IMG/VR virus record: IMGVR_UViG_3300028797_000096
Span: 13,860-77,859 of that record
Source of the DNA: a virus
Lineage: Duplodnaviria; Heunggongvirae; Uroviricota; Caudoviricetes
Strand: one strand, 5' to 3'
DNA: 64,000 nucleotides
The notes beneath the pieces are model-generated. The model did not search any database. It was not told the origin of the DNA and saw nothing but the letters and a program-made list of their open reading frames with translations. Position numbers and translations under genes: made by a program. Shown in pieces: positions 29,942 through 39,913 of the stretch (the first letter of the stretch is position 1; every line of letters starts with the position of its first letter).

Positions 29942-29953
29942 GGACTAAATAAA

Positions 29954-31525
29954 ATGAATAAATTTAAAACTTTAGCAACAGAAGCTGCTCTTAATACACA
30001 TGATATGATGGAATTTTTAATTGATCATGGAATTAATCCATCTGTTGTATATTCTCATTTACGTTTATATGATCCTTCTACAAAAGGCTTAATTGTTGTT
30101 AGAGGTCCTGTAAAAACTAGTCCTTATTTTACAGCTGCTAAAAAAGATGAACCAAGACAAGTGTCACCAGATGATGCGTTAGAAATAGTAGATATAGAAG
30201 AAAAACGTATACCCGAAGGAAACTTTTATGTAGTTGATAATGGTACAAAAAGAACTATATCTGTAGATGATTTTATAAAAGATATTTATAATAATCCTAA
30301 AAATGAAATGCTTATTTATGATTTAGGTAAAAATAATCCAGATCTATCATTAGATACTACAGAAAAACGGGATATAGTTAAACAGCAATTAAACAAAGCA
30401 GAAATTGATAAACAGACAAAAGAACAAGCAGCTTTTGAAAAATGGGTAGATGATTATGAATATTTGTTTGGTTTAAATGATTTATCAGATAAAGTTCGTG
30501 AAGAAGTATTGAAAAAACTTTATAAAAAAGCTAAAGAAGGTTTTGCTGCTAAAGATTTACTTAATTTTCCAATTGTTTGGATAGCTAAACATGATATTCC
30601 ATTAAGTATATATAAAAGAAAAATTGATGCAATACCAGATGCAGATGAACGTAAAATTATAAATACATTGTTCAATCGTCAATGCGCAGAATGGTATAAA
30701 CAAAGTAAAGAAAACAAAGCTTTAAATGATGATAGAATTATCTTAAAACTTGCAATGGATTGGTGGAAAGAAATATCTAAAAAATTAGATGAGAATACCT
30801 TAGAAGAAGCTGATACAAGTAAAGTAAGTACTAAAGATGCTCATTTGATAAAAGATGTATATTTACCAAAAATTGGAATTGATCCTAAATTTTATACTGT
30901 TCCTATTACAGAATTATCTTATTATAATAAAGAAAAATATAAATCTGCAAAAGATGATCCAAATGGTAAAAGAGGACATAAATTTACAATAGTTGGTATT
31001 CCAGATATAACTAAATTATCAGATAATGATTCTTTATGGGTTAAAGAATATGAATCAGATGAACGCCCTTATTTAATGAATATTGGTGAGATTAAAGAAT
31101 TAGTAAATCAACCACAGAATATAGATGCAGAATTAGATACGGTTAAATACAGAACTTTGGATTTAAGAAATGCACGTAAAACATTAAATGCAGGTATTGG
31201 TAGATTTGAAATACTTCCAGATGCTGTAATTGAAACGATGTTAAGTACTGTAAACAATGAATATCCAGATGAATTTCCAGTAGATTTAATTGAATATTTT
31301 CATCGTTCACAAAATGAAAATTATAAGCCTCTATTAAAAGGGCATAAAGATCTAGTATTAACTGCATTAAGAAAATACAATGATCCAAATCTAAGAAGTT
31401 ATATAATTGAAAGATTTGATAATAAAGGCAAAGTAGGTTATCGTGGGTTTGTTCCTTATCCTGGTTATGAAAACTTAAAACCAACAAAACCAGGTAAAGA
31501 TGACTTTAGTAAACTAATAGGTTAA
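29954..31525 (+). CDS. Large hypothetical protein, paralog of the upstream ORF
   Basis: HGINP, ISVDDF...NNPKN and W..Y..L..L..LSDK segments align by eye with 27743..29941. Confidence 0.55.
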   Translation: MNKFKTLATEAALNTHDMMEFLIDHGINPSVVYSHLRLYDPSTKGLIVVRGPVKTSPYFTAAKKDEPRQVSPDDALEIVDIEEKRIPEGNFYVVDNGTKRTISVDDFIKDIYNNPKNEMLIYDLGKNNPDLSLDTTEKRDIVKQQLNKAEIDKQTKEQAAFEKWVDDYEYLFGLNDLSDKVREEVLKKLYKKAKEGFAAKDLLNFPIVWIAKHDIPLSIYKRKIDAIPDADERKIINTLFNRQCAEWYKQSKENKALNDDRIILKLAMDWWKEISKKLDENTLEEADTSKVSTKDAHLIKDVYLPKIGIDPKFYTVPITELSYYNKEKYKSAKDDPNGKRGHKFTIVGIPDITKLSDNDSLWVKEYESDERPYLMNIGEIKELVNQPQNIDAELDTVKYRTLDLRNARKTLNAGIGRFEILPDAVIETMLSTVNNEYPDEFPVDLIEYFHRSQNENYKPLLKGHKDLVLTALRKYNDPNLRSYIIERFDNKGKVGYRGFVPYPGYENLKPTKPGKDDFSKLIG

Positions 31526-31530
31526 TATGC

Positions 31531-32160
31531 ATGAGTAAATTTAAAGACTTATTTGAAAATTTAAATGATATAAAACAATGGTTAAGTCAAGATCATTCTT
31601 TTAATACCTTAGATGAGGGTGATAAAAAAGTGTTTGATAAAAAATCAGGATATAATTCATCTAAAGATGAAAGTTATATTTATGATAAATTAAAAGAAAA
31701 ATGGCCAGATGTAATTATATCATATACAGATGATAGATTTGTAAATCCTGAAACCAAAAGACATTTCCAAGCAGATTTTTATGTGCCATCTGAAGATTTA
31801 TTTATGAATTATTGTAAAGTATGGACGCATGGAAGAAGAAAATATGATCCAACTGATCCTAACTGCCAAGCAGATGTAAAATGGTTAGAATCACAAGAGG
31901 GTGATTATTATAAGCGGGCTTTAAAACAATGGACAGTTACAGATCCTATTAAAAGAAAAGTAGCCGAAGAAAATGGATTAAAATTTATTGAATGGTTTAA
32001 TTTAGACGAATTTAATCGTTGGTTTGAAGATCCATTATTAACTTATGAAGAATATAAATATGCTCCTGATAGTATGCAATATGATAGTGATGAATATTTT
32101 AAGCAAAAAGCACGGGGTAGAGATATTTATGGAGTAGATTCAGATCCGTATGCGGCTTAA
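31531..32160 (+). CDS. PD-(D/E)xK/DUF559-like nuclease-fold protein
   Basis: ADFYVPSEDLF...WTHG pattern of phage restriction-endonuclease-like domains. Confidence 0.55.
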   Translation: MSKFKDLFENLNDIKQWLSQDHSFNTLDEGDKKVFDKKSGYNSSKDESYIYDKLKEKWPDVIISYTDDRFVNPETKRHFQADFYVPSEDLFMNYCKVWTHGRRKYDPTDPNCQADVKWLESQEGDYYKRALKQWTVTDPIKRKVAEENGLKFIEWFNLDEFNRWFEDPLLTYEEYKYAPDSMQYDSDEYFKQKARGRDIYGVDSDPYAA

Positions 32161-32205
32161 ATAGTAAAAAGTTTTAAGTTCTAAATAAAATAAGGAAATT
32201 AAAAA

Positions 32206-32607
32206 ATGAGTAAATTTAGACAGTTAGTCGAAGAAATTACAAAACCACAAATTGTTTATACACATCTTACGCCAGAATTACAAGATGCTATTATTCAAGA
32301 AATAGAAAAAAGTGAAAGTGAGGTTGATCAATTTGAAATAGCTGACAATTTAAGTACAGCTCATTGGGATCCAAATCCATATGGTCTTGAACCAGCGTTA
32401 GCTCAAGGAAGTGGTTGTTACGAATATAATGAAGATGAAATGTGGAATTATTTATGTGAAAAATACATAGAAAAACTAAGAGCAGATGGTGCAGTCCAAT
32501 GTTTATGGGATTTTATTCCAGAAGATAAACAAGATGATGAAGAATTTGATGCTGCTTTAACAAAAGAAGCAATTGACTATGTAGAAAAACAAGAAAGAGC
32601 ATTTTAA
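32206..32607 (+). CDS. Acidic hypothetical protein (probable head cargo)
   Basis: MSKFRQLVEE leader; GTTCTA at 32178. Confidence 0.6.
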   Translation: MSKFRQLVEEITKPQIVYTHLTPELQDAIIQEIEKSESEVDQFEIADNLSTAHWDPNPYGLEPALAQGSGCYEYNEDEMWNYLCEKYIEKLRADGAVQCLWDFIPEDKQDDEEFDAALTKEAIDYVEKQERAF

Positions 32608-32631
32608 TTAACAATATAAAGAAATTAAAAA

Positions 32632-33429
32632 ATGGCAAATTTTTATCCTATTAAAACTCTTATTGATAATGCAATAGCTTTAGATGTAGCTAATCCTAAT
32701 TTGGCTATATCTGAAAAAGAAACTTTATTAAAAGAAGCGGCAATATCTTTAGGTACATTAGATTATTATCGTGTATTTCCTTTCCGTTCAACTATGTGTA
32801 CAGCTTATAGTTCAGATAGTGGTTATATGTCTACTTTTAATTGGAGTAGTATGGTTAGACCTACTATGGAAAATGGAATGTTAGTTATTCCATTTGAAGA
32901 TGCCTTATCTAAAGCGTCTCCTGCAGTACCGGTTGATCAATTACAAAATGCATATTTCTTAGGCGTTATGAGAGTTGAAAGACCAGCTTGGAATACTTGG
33001 TCAAATCCTAGTATGTGGTCAATGCAAATGTTTGGTGTACAAGTAGGTAATAATTCTAATTATGATTTGATGAGTACTGTATTAAGTAATACATTAGATG
33101 ATTTATCTACAGGCCAACCAAGATATACCATTAACCGTATGAAAGATAGAATTGAAGTATTAATTCCTTGGGGATTTGGTATGCTATCTTGGGATTTAGC
33201 TATTGGATTTACTTCTCCAGAATATGTTGAACCTTCGAAAGCAAATCATTTATTAAAATTTATTTCTTACCGTTTTATCGAATCTATTATTCAAGCAAGA
33301 AGTGGTGTACAATTAGATGGTGATTTCAAAATTAGTACAGAAGCTTTACAAGCAAGACTAGATAAATTAAAAGAAGATGTTGATTCATTAAAACAACATG
33401 CTGTATTAAGTCTTGCACAATGGAATTAA
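32632..33429 (+). CDS. Neck/head-completion protein, T4 gp13-like
   Basis: C-terminal QARSGVQLDGDFKISTEALQARLDKLKE resembles the gp13 GVQL..G..L....EA motif. Confidence 0.6.
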   Translation: MANFYPIKTLIDNAIALDVANPNLAISEKETLLKEAAISLGTLDYYRVFPFRSTMCTAYSSDSGYMSTFNWSSMVRPTMENGMLVIPFEDALSKASPAVPVDQLQNAYFLGVMRVERPAWNTWSNPSMWSMQMFGVQVGNNSNYDLMSTVLSNTLDDLSTGQPRYTINRMKDRIEVLIPWGFGMLSWDLAIGFTSPEYVEPSKANHLLKFISYRFIESIIQARSGVQLDGDFKISTEALQARLDKLKEDVDSLKQHAVLSLAQWN

Positions 33430-33442
33430 TAGGAATAATATC

Positions 33443-33715
33443 ATGAATGAACAGTATTATGTTAAATTCACATTAGGCGGTGGATATAATACATATTTAA
33501 CTATGAATACACAAAATGGTACTTTACATACAAATAATGATGTAAATAATAAGTATGTATTTAATAATTATAAAGATGCTTATAAAGCAGCTGAACGTTA
33601 TAAAAGATCTAATAATGAAAATTCCAATTATGAAATTATTACATATACACCAAAATTTGAAAGTTTAGCAAATATAAAAGAAAGAATAAAACAATTAATA
33701 GAATCTATTGAATAA
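33443..33715 (+). CDS. Hypothetical protein
   Basis: SD AGGA before the ATG at 33443; followed by the AAAAGCGC/GCGCTTTT terminator at about 33717-33742. Confidence 0.65.
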   Translation: MNEQYYVKFTLGGGYNTYLTMNTQNGTLHTNNDVNNKYVFNNYKDAYKAAERYKRSNNENSNYEIITYTPKFESLANIKERIKQLIESIE

Positions 33716-33774
33716 AAAAAGCGCTGTAAAAAGCGCTTTTTATTATTAACAAAAGGATTAAAACGTTAATAATA

Positions 33775-33942
33775 TTATTCTTTGCAGAACAATTTAAGAT
33801 ATTCCAATACACCATTAACTGCAGCAACACCACCTGCAATATATACTGAAATATCAAAACCCCAAATACTAGCAACAGCAGCGACTGGGATAACTAGGAT
33901 ATTTAAACTATCAATCATTTTTTGAAAAGTTTCTTTTTTCAT
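33775..33942 (-). CDS. 55-aa two-TM membrane protein, holin-like (below the ORF-track cutoff)
   Basis: MKKETFQKMIDSLNILVIPVAAVASIWGFDISVYIAGGVAAVNGVLEYLKLFCKE; SD AAGGAG and GTTCTA at 33969-33964. Confidence 0.7.
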   Translation of the reverse strand: MKKETFQKMIDSLNILVIPVAAVASIWGFDISVYIAGGVAAVNGVLEYLKLFCKE

Positions 33943-34100
33943 CTTATACTCCTTTATATAAAATAGAACTATAGATTTAGTAAAAAATAATATAAAATTT
34001 TTAAGAATAAGCTGTTCTAATTATATAGATTACTAGTTTAACTCTTTTACGCTCAAGTCTTGATTAATTTATAATATATTAACACATAAGGAAAATTAAA

Positions 34101-35177
34101 ATGGCAAAATATTTGAAACGTTTGTCAGCTCGTCTTGCTCGCGAAGCATTGCGTGAATCAAAAGCTTGGGTTGTTACAAAGAAGTTGATTCTAGAAACAG
34201 ACGAAGGTGATGTTGAATTAAACAAAGGTGATATGGTTGATTTAGGTGCTACACCAGAAGGTGATTTAGCAGTAAAATCAAATGCAGCAGCTGTTGTTGT
34301 TATTTCTGATGCAGACTTAGCTTCTAAAATTGCTGATACTGTAGTTTCTTCTGATGAATTAGGTGATGTTGAATTCGTTACTAAAGATGCAGTTGACACA
34401 GTAATGGGTGGTGAAGAAGTTGATGATGTTATTGGCAAATTAGCTGACGAAGAACCAGAATCATCTGAAGTTGAAGTTGGTGAATGCTCCGTTACCAAAA
34501 AAGAATCTGTTCAAGCAAAATTTGATAAATTTGCTGCAAATCCAATTGTATTTACAAAATCTATGGTTTGCGAATCTATCTTAGTTGATGAAGATGATGA
34601 AGAACCAATCGATATGGCTACATTATCTGCAGAAACAGTTGCAAAAGAACCTTACTTTGGTTATGAAGAATTCGTTGCTCGTGTTTCTGAATTAGGCGGT
34701 TCTGTACAACCTGGTGAAGTTGAAAAAGCATTGGATAAAGACGGCAAAATGATCGGTTATTTCGATAAAGCTGCTTCTCAAGGTATGATTTATCCTGAAA
34801 CAACATTTGAATCTGATGAAGATTTGATGAATGTTCCAGCAGATGCACAATCTTTGATGGATGAACCTTTATCTGACGATGAAATGGCTATGGAAGATGC
34901 AGTAGAAGAAGCTTTGGGCTGCTATGAATCTTCTGAAATGTCAGGTGCAGATTATATGAAGATGGTTGAATCTTTGAAAGCTGCTAACTTGTCAGAATCT
35001 ACAGTTGCAAAGATTGCTGGTTCATTTGGTAATCGTACATTGGCTGAAGGCTGCCGTGTATTTGATACAGTATTGGGTAAAAACGTATGTGTCAAAGAAA
35101 GTGGTGTTGATGCTGATAACTGGATCGTTGAATCTGGTGATGAAAAACGCTTCACAAAACGTTATTTCAAAGCTTAA
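34101..35177 (+). CDS. Highly acidic, probably abundant prohead core/internal protein
   Basis: Many hydrophobic-x-E-S/A sites (LRES, VCES, MVES, LSES, VKES, IVES); codon usage like groEL and the scaffold; own GTTCTA (34014) and terminator (about 35201-35232). Confidence 0.6.
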   Translation: MAKYLKRLSARLAREALRESKAWVVTKKLILETDEGDVELNKGDMVDLGATPEGDLAVKSNAAAVVVISDADLASKIADTVVSSDELGDVEFVTKDAVDTVMGGEEVDDVIGKLADEEPESSEVEVGECSVTKKESVQAKFDKFAANPIVFTKSMVCESILVDEDDEEPIDMATLSAETVAKEPYFGYEEFVARVSELGGSVQPGEVEKALDKDGKMIGYFDKAASQGMIYPETTFESDEDLMNVPADAQSLMDEPLSDDEMAMEDAVEEALGCYESSEMSGADYMKMVESLKAANLSESTVAKIAGSFGNRTLAEGCRVFDTVLGKNVCVKESGVDADNWIVESGDEKRFTKRYFKA

Positions 35178-35262
35178 TTATTTTTAAATAAATAAGATTA
35201 ATCCCTAGGTTTTTATAAATCTAGGGATTTTTTATAGTTCTATATTTTTGTAGAGGTTTTTT

Positions 35263-35538
35263 ATGTATATGATCCGTGAAAATATTATTAATGATAAAGT
35301 AGAAGGATATTGGATCGATGAAAAAATCCGTGGTGTTTTAATCGAATCTACATATGTTACATTATCTCCAAAAACTTGCTCTTGTAAACATTTTACAGAA
35401 TCACACAATATATTTAATCATTTTCATATTAATCTAGTAGAACATTGGATACGAGAAGGAAAACCTACTGCTGCTATTTATGCGAAATCAAAAAAAGGAA
35501 AAATAATAACTCTATGTCCAGGCTTTGTTAAACATTAA
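35263..35538 (+). CDS. Small SWIM-like zinc-binding protein
   Basis: CSCKHF...H; GTTCTA at 35237. Confidence 0.5.
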   Translation: MYMIRENIINDKVEGYWIDEKIRGVLIESTYVTLSPKTCSCKHFTESHNIFNHFHINLVEHWIREGKPTAAIYAKSKKGKIITLCPGFVKH

Positions 35539-35601
35539 GTTGAATTAATAACAAAACTTAGATTTAGTATAGTTCTAATTATAAACGATTAAAGGAAAAT
35601 T

Positions 35602-35763
35602 ATGGCTAGCGATATTACATTGCCAAAAATGACTTATCGTGAGTTTGTAACTTTCATGTCTCGCTATGAACGGGATAGGGAGCGTAAAGAAAAAAAGAAT
35701 ACTTACAAATCACCGTACAAATATAAGAAAGTTTTTAATAAAGGCAAAGAAAATGAGTCTTAA
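35602..35763 (+). CDS. 53-aa basic protein (below the ORF-track cutoff)
   Basis: MASDITLPKMTYREF...; SD AAGGA; GTTCTA at 35572; stop overlaps the next start. Confidence 0.65.
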   Translation: MASDITLPKMTYREFVTFMSRYERDRERKEKKNTYKSPYKYKKVFNKGKENES

Positions 35764-36379
35764 AGAAGAATTAATTAAAGTAGCCCATTCTTATTTAAAA
35801 GAAGGTCGCGAAAGTTCCAAAGAAATGATTGCACAAAATACTACAGTATTTGAAGATATGGGTATGGCCAATTCCAATCCTGGTGAATTTGCTCCCGAAG
35901 AAATTACTGATCATGAAAATCTAGTCAATACAGCAAAAATGTCGAATGACACAGATTTTGAAAATAAAGTAGATAATTGTAATTGTGAAGACGCAGCTGT
36001 TGAATTAACAATTACAACAGAAGAAGAACCTACTTTAGAAGATTTAGTAAACTTAGGTAAAGAAAACAAAAAATTCCATCGTATTGCTGATATTTTAGAA
36101 AGTGTCTTAACCGAATCTGATTATGCTGGTAATTTAGCATATAATCCAGATAAACGTTTAAATGCAAGTGATATTTTAAATGCAGTAAAAAACGCGGTTG
36201 ATCCAGAATTAGCACCTAAATTAAGTGTTAATAAAGATGTCGATGCAAACGAAGAACCATCTTATATTATTCTAAACATCGATGAAAAAGATTTACCAGA
36301 AAAAATTGAAATTGATACAAATACAGATAAAAAAGTTGTATTAAAGCGTGATGGTAAAGCTTATAAATTTGATAAATAA
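35753..36379 (+). CDS. Acidic hypothetical protein (probable head cargo)
   Basis: True start probably MSLKEEL at 35753; LKEG, VFED and LTES sites. Confidence 0.6.
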   Translation: MSLKEELIKVAHSYLKEGRESSKEMIAQNTTVFEDMGMANSNPGEFAPEEITDHENLVNTAKMSNDTDFENKVDNCNCEDAAVELTITTEEEPTLEDLVNLGKENKKFHRIADILESVLTESDYAGNLAYNPDKRLNASDILNAVKNAVDPELAPKLSVNKDVDANEEPSYIILNIDEKDLPEKIEIDTNTDKKVVLKRDGKAYKFDK

Positions 36380-36391
36380 AGATAATAAAAA

Positions 36392-37162
36392 ATGAAATTT
36401 ATTCCTAAAGTGCAATTAGTAGAAGGTATGGCAGCTAATCCTTTAGATAAGCAAATTAGTAATGAACAAGATGTTACTAAATTAGCTCAAGAAGGCATTT
36501 TAACTGCAGTAGCAGCAGAAACAGATGCTATTAATCAATATACACAAATATCCGATTTGATTTTTACATCTGAAGATTGGTTTAAACAATTAGCAGAACC
36601 AGTCATTGAAGATATTATTGCAGAAGAAAAGAAACACCTTGGTCAATTAACTGAATTAGTTTCAAAGTTACCTGCATATCAAGAAGATATGGAAAAAGGT
36701 GAAAAAGAAACTGAAACAGGTGAAGATGTAGGAGAAGCAGTCATCGAAGAATCTGTTGATGAAAAAGCTTCTAGCGCTTTTACTAAATTTGATTTTGAAA
36801 ATATTTTGGATGTATTACGTGAAGTTGGAGTTCCTTTTGAAACAGTAGAAAAATTAGAAGATAGTGAATATCCTGCTTATATATATGCAGAAGACGTTGA
36901 TAAATTATTAGCAAGTTTAAATTTAGCTCCAGAAGTATTAGAACAAGCCGAACAAAAAATAATTGAAGAAGCTGATTTTGAAAAGAATATGGCTAATATA
37001 CAACAGGAAATAAAACGTATGGATCTTGAAAAAGATTTACAAACTTTAACTAATCTAATTGAAGATCCCGATAATGATAACTATATTGTATCTTTTAATA
37101 TTAGACAGAAGCTTAATGATTTAATTAATGAAATTAAAAATAATCCTTCTGAAAATATCTAA
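36392..37162 (+). CDS. Protein with a ferritin-like (EncFtn/rubrerythrin-type) N-terminal domain
   Basis: AETDAINQY...DIIAEEKKHLGQL matches the E-x-x-A-x-x-x-Y / EE-x-x-H diiron pattern. Confidence 0.6.
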   Translation: MKFIPKVQLVEGMAANPLDKQISNEQDVTKLAQEGILTAVAAETDAINQYTQISDLIFTSEDWFKQLAEPVIEDIIAEEKKHLGQLTELVSKLPAYQEDMEKGEKETETGEDVGEAVIEESVDEKASSAFTKFDFENILDVLREVGVPFETVEKLEDSEYPAYIYAEDVDKLLASLNLAPEVLEQAEQKIIEEADFEKNMANIQQEIKRMDLEKDLQTLTNLIEDPDNDNYIVSFNIRQKLNDLINEIKNNPSENI

Positions 37163-37191
37163 TTTATCAATCCAAAATTTACTAAATTAAG

Positions 37192-37222
37192 CCTATCATA
37201 TAAGTTCTATATGATAGGTTTT
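37192..37222 (+). terminator. 11-bp hairpin with GTTCTA overlapping its loop
   Basis: CCTATCATATA-AGTTC-TATATGATAGG-TTTT. Confidence 0.6.
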
Positions 37223-37327
37223 ATAATGCTAATAAAAATAAATTATAAAATAAAGCTATAGCAAAATCAACAAAGTTCTAATATATAACTAAGAAAATTA
37301 GAACAAAAAAGAATAAGGATTTGAATA

Positions 37328-39556
37328 ATGGCAAACTATAAATGGCCTAATGTGTACACAAAGATAACCGACTTGTCTGGTGTAGTGGCTACAAATTCAG
37401 TAACATCATGCGCTTATGTTGGCGAAGCAGAATTCGGTCCAATTAATACGCCAACGTTTTTATCATCATTAAGAAATTATACATCTATCTTTGGTGCTTT
37501 AAATGCAGCCAAATATGGTTATGCAGGTTATTCATTAGCGGTTGCTTCTGAATCAATTGATAGCCATTATTTTGTTCGTGTTGTTAAAGCAGGTAAAGAA
37601 GGTGCGCATGAAGCAGATGATGCTAAATATGCAGCTTTAGGTATTGCAGCAAAAGGTAATCCAACTGCTAAAGAAAGTACAGGTTATTATGTAGAAGAAA
37701 TTGATAATGTATTAACAACTGAAGATGCAACAGGTTTATTTACATATCAAAATTACTATGTTAAAACAATTGCATTAACAGCTGGTGGTACTGGTTATGC
37801 AGTAGATGATGAATTATTATTACCATTAGATATTACTGCAGCCAAAGTAAAAGTAACTTCAATCGGTGATAATGGTATTATCACAGGTTTTGAATTGATT
37901 TCAGAAGGTGCAGCAAGTAAAACTTATGCAGATAGTTTAGTTAATCCTGTTACAGCTTCTGGTGGTTCAGCCGGTGCTACAGGTGCTACATTTACAATTC
38001 AATTAAGCAATTTAAATTTAAATGATGCATTAATGGTTGTTGCAAACAATCCTAATAATTTAAATTTAAGTGTTCGTTTAACTGATAGTACAATCAATGA
38101 AAATCGTGCATATTTATTTAAAAAGATTGAATATACTTTAGTATCTGATAATGTTTATACAGCTGTTATAACAGGTGTTAATAGTGAAGTATTTAAAGAA
38201 TTAGCTGTAGGTTCTACAATTGAAATTTCTCGTGTATTATATACAGTACAAGGTGGTTTATATATAGTAAATGCATTTGATGCGGATGCTCATACAATTA
38301 CTTTTACATATACTGCTCCATATGATTCAGAAAGTCAAGTTATTACACCAACAAATTTGGATACAGGTAAAGTAAGTAACTATCCTAATCCAGATCATCG
38401 TACATTCCAGGTTGATGTATATGCTACTTCTGGTCGTGTGATTACTAAAGTAGAAACATATCAATTCTGTACAACTTATCAAGCAAAAGATAATTATGGT
38501 GATTCAACATTTGTTGAAGATGTAATTAATGGATCTTCTAATTATATTAAAATTTATACTAATCCATTCTTATTAGATACATTAGAAGAAGATGAAGTAT
38601 TAGAAGTTACTTTAGCCGAAAAAACAGATAGTGGTATTTCCTTAAAAGGTGGTCAATCTGGAGGCAAACCAGCAAGCAAAGATTTAAATGCCGGTTGGGA
38701 TGCATTTAAAGATCGTACACAAACTAATGTATCTCTATTAATGAATTCTGGTTATTCAAATGCTTCTGATACAAGTTATCAAGAAAAAATGCTAGAAATT
38801 GCAGAAAAACGTCGTGATTGTTTCTGTTTGTTTGATATTCCAATGTCACAAACTGATGCTGATAATGCAATCGATTGGAGAAAAAATGTTTTAGGTATGA
38901 CAACATATCGTGGCGCATTATCATCTCCATGGGTACGTACATATGATTCAGTACAAGGCCGTGCAGGTTTTATAATGTGTCCATCTGCATTTATTGCTAA
39001 ATTGATTGGTCAAGCAGGCGATCCTTGGAATGCACCAGCTGGTCCAAATCGTGGTATTATTGGTTCATCTACAGTTTCTCCTACAGGATTAACACAATCT
39101 TATGATTCAGAAATTGGTGGTGTATTATATGCTGACAATCAAATCAATTGTATTGTTCGTGATACAGCTGCAGGTTATGTAAACTGGGGTCAAAGAACAT
39201 TACAAGCTAAACCATCTGCATTAGATCGTATTAATGTTGCTCGTACAGTAATTTATATTGAAACAATTTTACGTGATGCAGCAAGATGGCATTTGTTTGA
39301 AAATAATACTCCATATGAACGTATGCAAATTACATTACAATTTAGTCAATTCTTAGATACAATTTTAGCAGCAAATGGTATCGCTGCGTATAAAGTTATT
39401 TGTGATAACTCAAATAATACTCCAATTGTAATTCAAAACAATCAATTAGTAATTGATGTTATTATTACACCTGTATATGCAGCAGAAAGTATTATCTTGA
39501 ATACCACAGTAACAGGTGCAGATGCCGATGTTACAGTATCTTCAAGTGCTGACTAA
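37328..39556 (+). CDS. Tail sheath protein, T4 gp18-like
   Basis: WPNVYTKITDLS, GPIN.P, WNAPAGPNRG, WGQRTLQ...ALDRINVAR motifs; followed by a terminator at about 39584-39610. Confidence 0.93.
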   Translation: MANYKWPNVYTKITDLSGVVATNSVTSCAYVGEAEFGPINTPTFLSSLRNYTSIFGALNAAKYGYAGYSLAVASESIDSHYFVRVVKAGKEGAHEADDAKYAALGIAAKGNPTAKESTGYYVEEIDNVLTTEDATGLFTYQNYYVKTIALTAGGTGYAVDDELLLPLDITAAKVKVTSIGDNGIITGFELISEGAASKTYADSLVNPVTASGGSAGATGATFTIQLSNLNLNDALMVVANNPNNLNLSVRLTDSTINENRAYLFKKIEYTLVSDNVYTAVITGVNSEVFKELAVGSTIEISRVLYTVQGGLYIVNAFDADAHTITFTYTAPYDSESQVITPTNLDTGKVSNYPNPDHRTFQVDVYATSGRVITKVETYQFCTTYQAKDNYGDSTFVEDVINGSSNYIKIYTNPFLLDTLEEDEVLEVTLAEKTDSGISLKGGQSGGKPASKDLNAGWDAFKDRTQTNVSLLMNSGYSNASDTSYQEKMLEIAEKRRDCFCLFDIPMSQTDADNAIDWRKNVLGMTTYRGALSSPWVRTYDSVQGRAGFIMCPSAFIAKLIGQAGDPWNAPAGPNRGIIGSSTVSPTGLTQSYDSEIGGVLYADNQINCIVRDTAAGYVNWGQRTLQAKPSALDRINVARTVIYIETILRDAARWHLFENNTPYERMQITLQFSQFLDTILAANGIAAYKVICDNSNNTPIVIQNNQLVIDVIITPVYAAESIILNTTVTGADADVTVSSSAD

Positions 39557-39682
39557 TTTGAAGCATAAATAAAAATTAAAATAAACCTCAGAAATGGGGT
39601 TTATTTTTTTATATAAATGGAAATTTTTACATGTATTTTTAGCATTAGTTATACTATATTAAAAATATAAAAGGAGTACTTC

Positions 39683-39913
39683 ATGCGTATAATAAATTTA
39701 GATGAAACAGGTATTAAATTATTAAATAATAAAAAAAATCAAATTTATATCGCTAAGGAAGATTTAAAGGATTTTGTATTAGGTAAATATACTTTACTTA
39801 ATAATACTTTAACATTTAATGATAAAACATTAACATTATCACAAGAAGAAGTTAATAATTTTCCTGAAATTATAAAATATTTAAAAACAGAAATATTACG
39901 AAATAATTATTAA
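39683..39913 (+). CDS. Hypothetical protein
   Basis: sigma70-like TTTACA-17-TATACT promoter and SD AAGGAG upstream. Confidence 0.65.
   Translation: MRIINLDETGIKLLNNKKNQIYIAKEDLKDFVLGKYTLLNNTLTFNDKTLTLSQEEVNNFPEIIKYLKTEILRNNY

Noticed and set aside
34101-35177. Major capsid protein (strong codon bias, own promoter and terminator)
   Set aside because: Extremely acidic with cleavage-like sites throughout and no recognisable gp23/HK97 motifs; better explained as a core protein.
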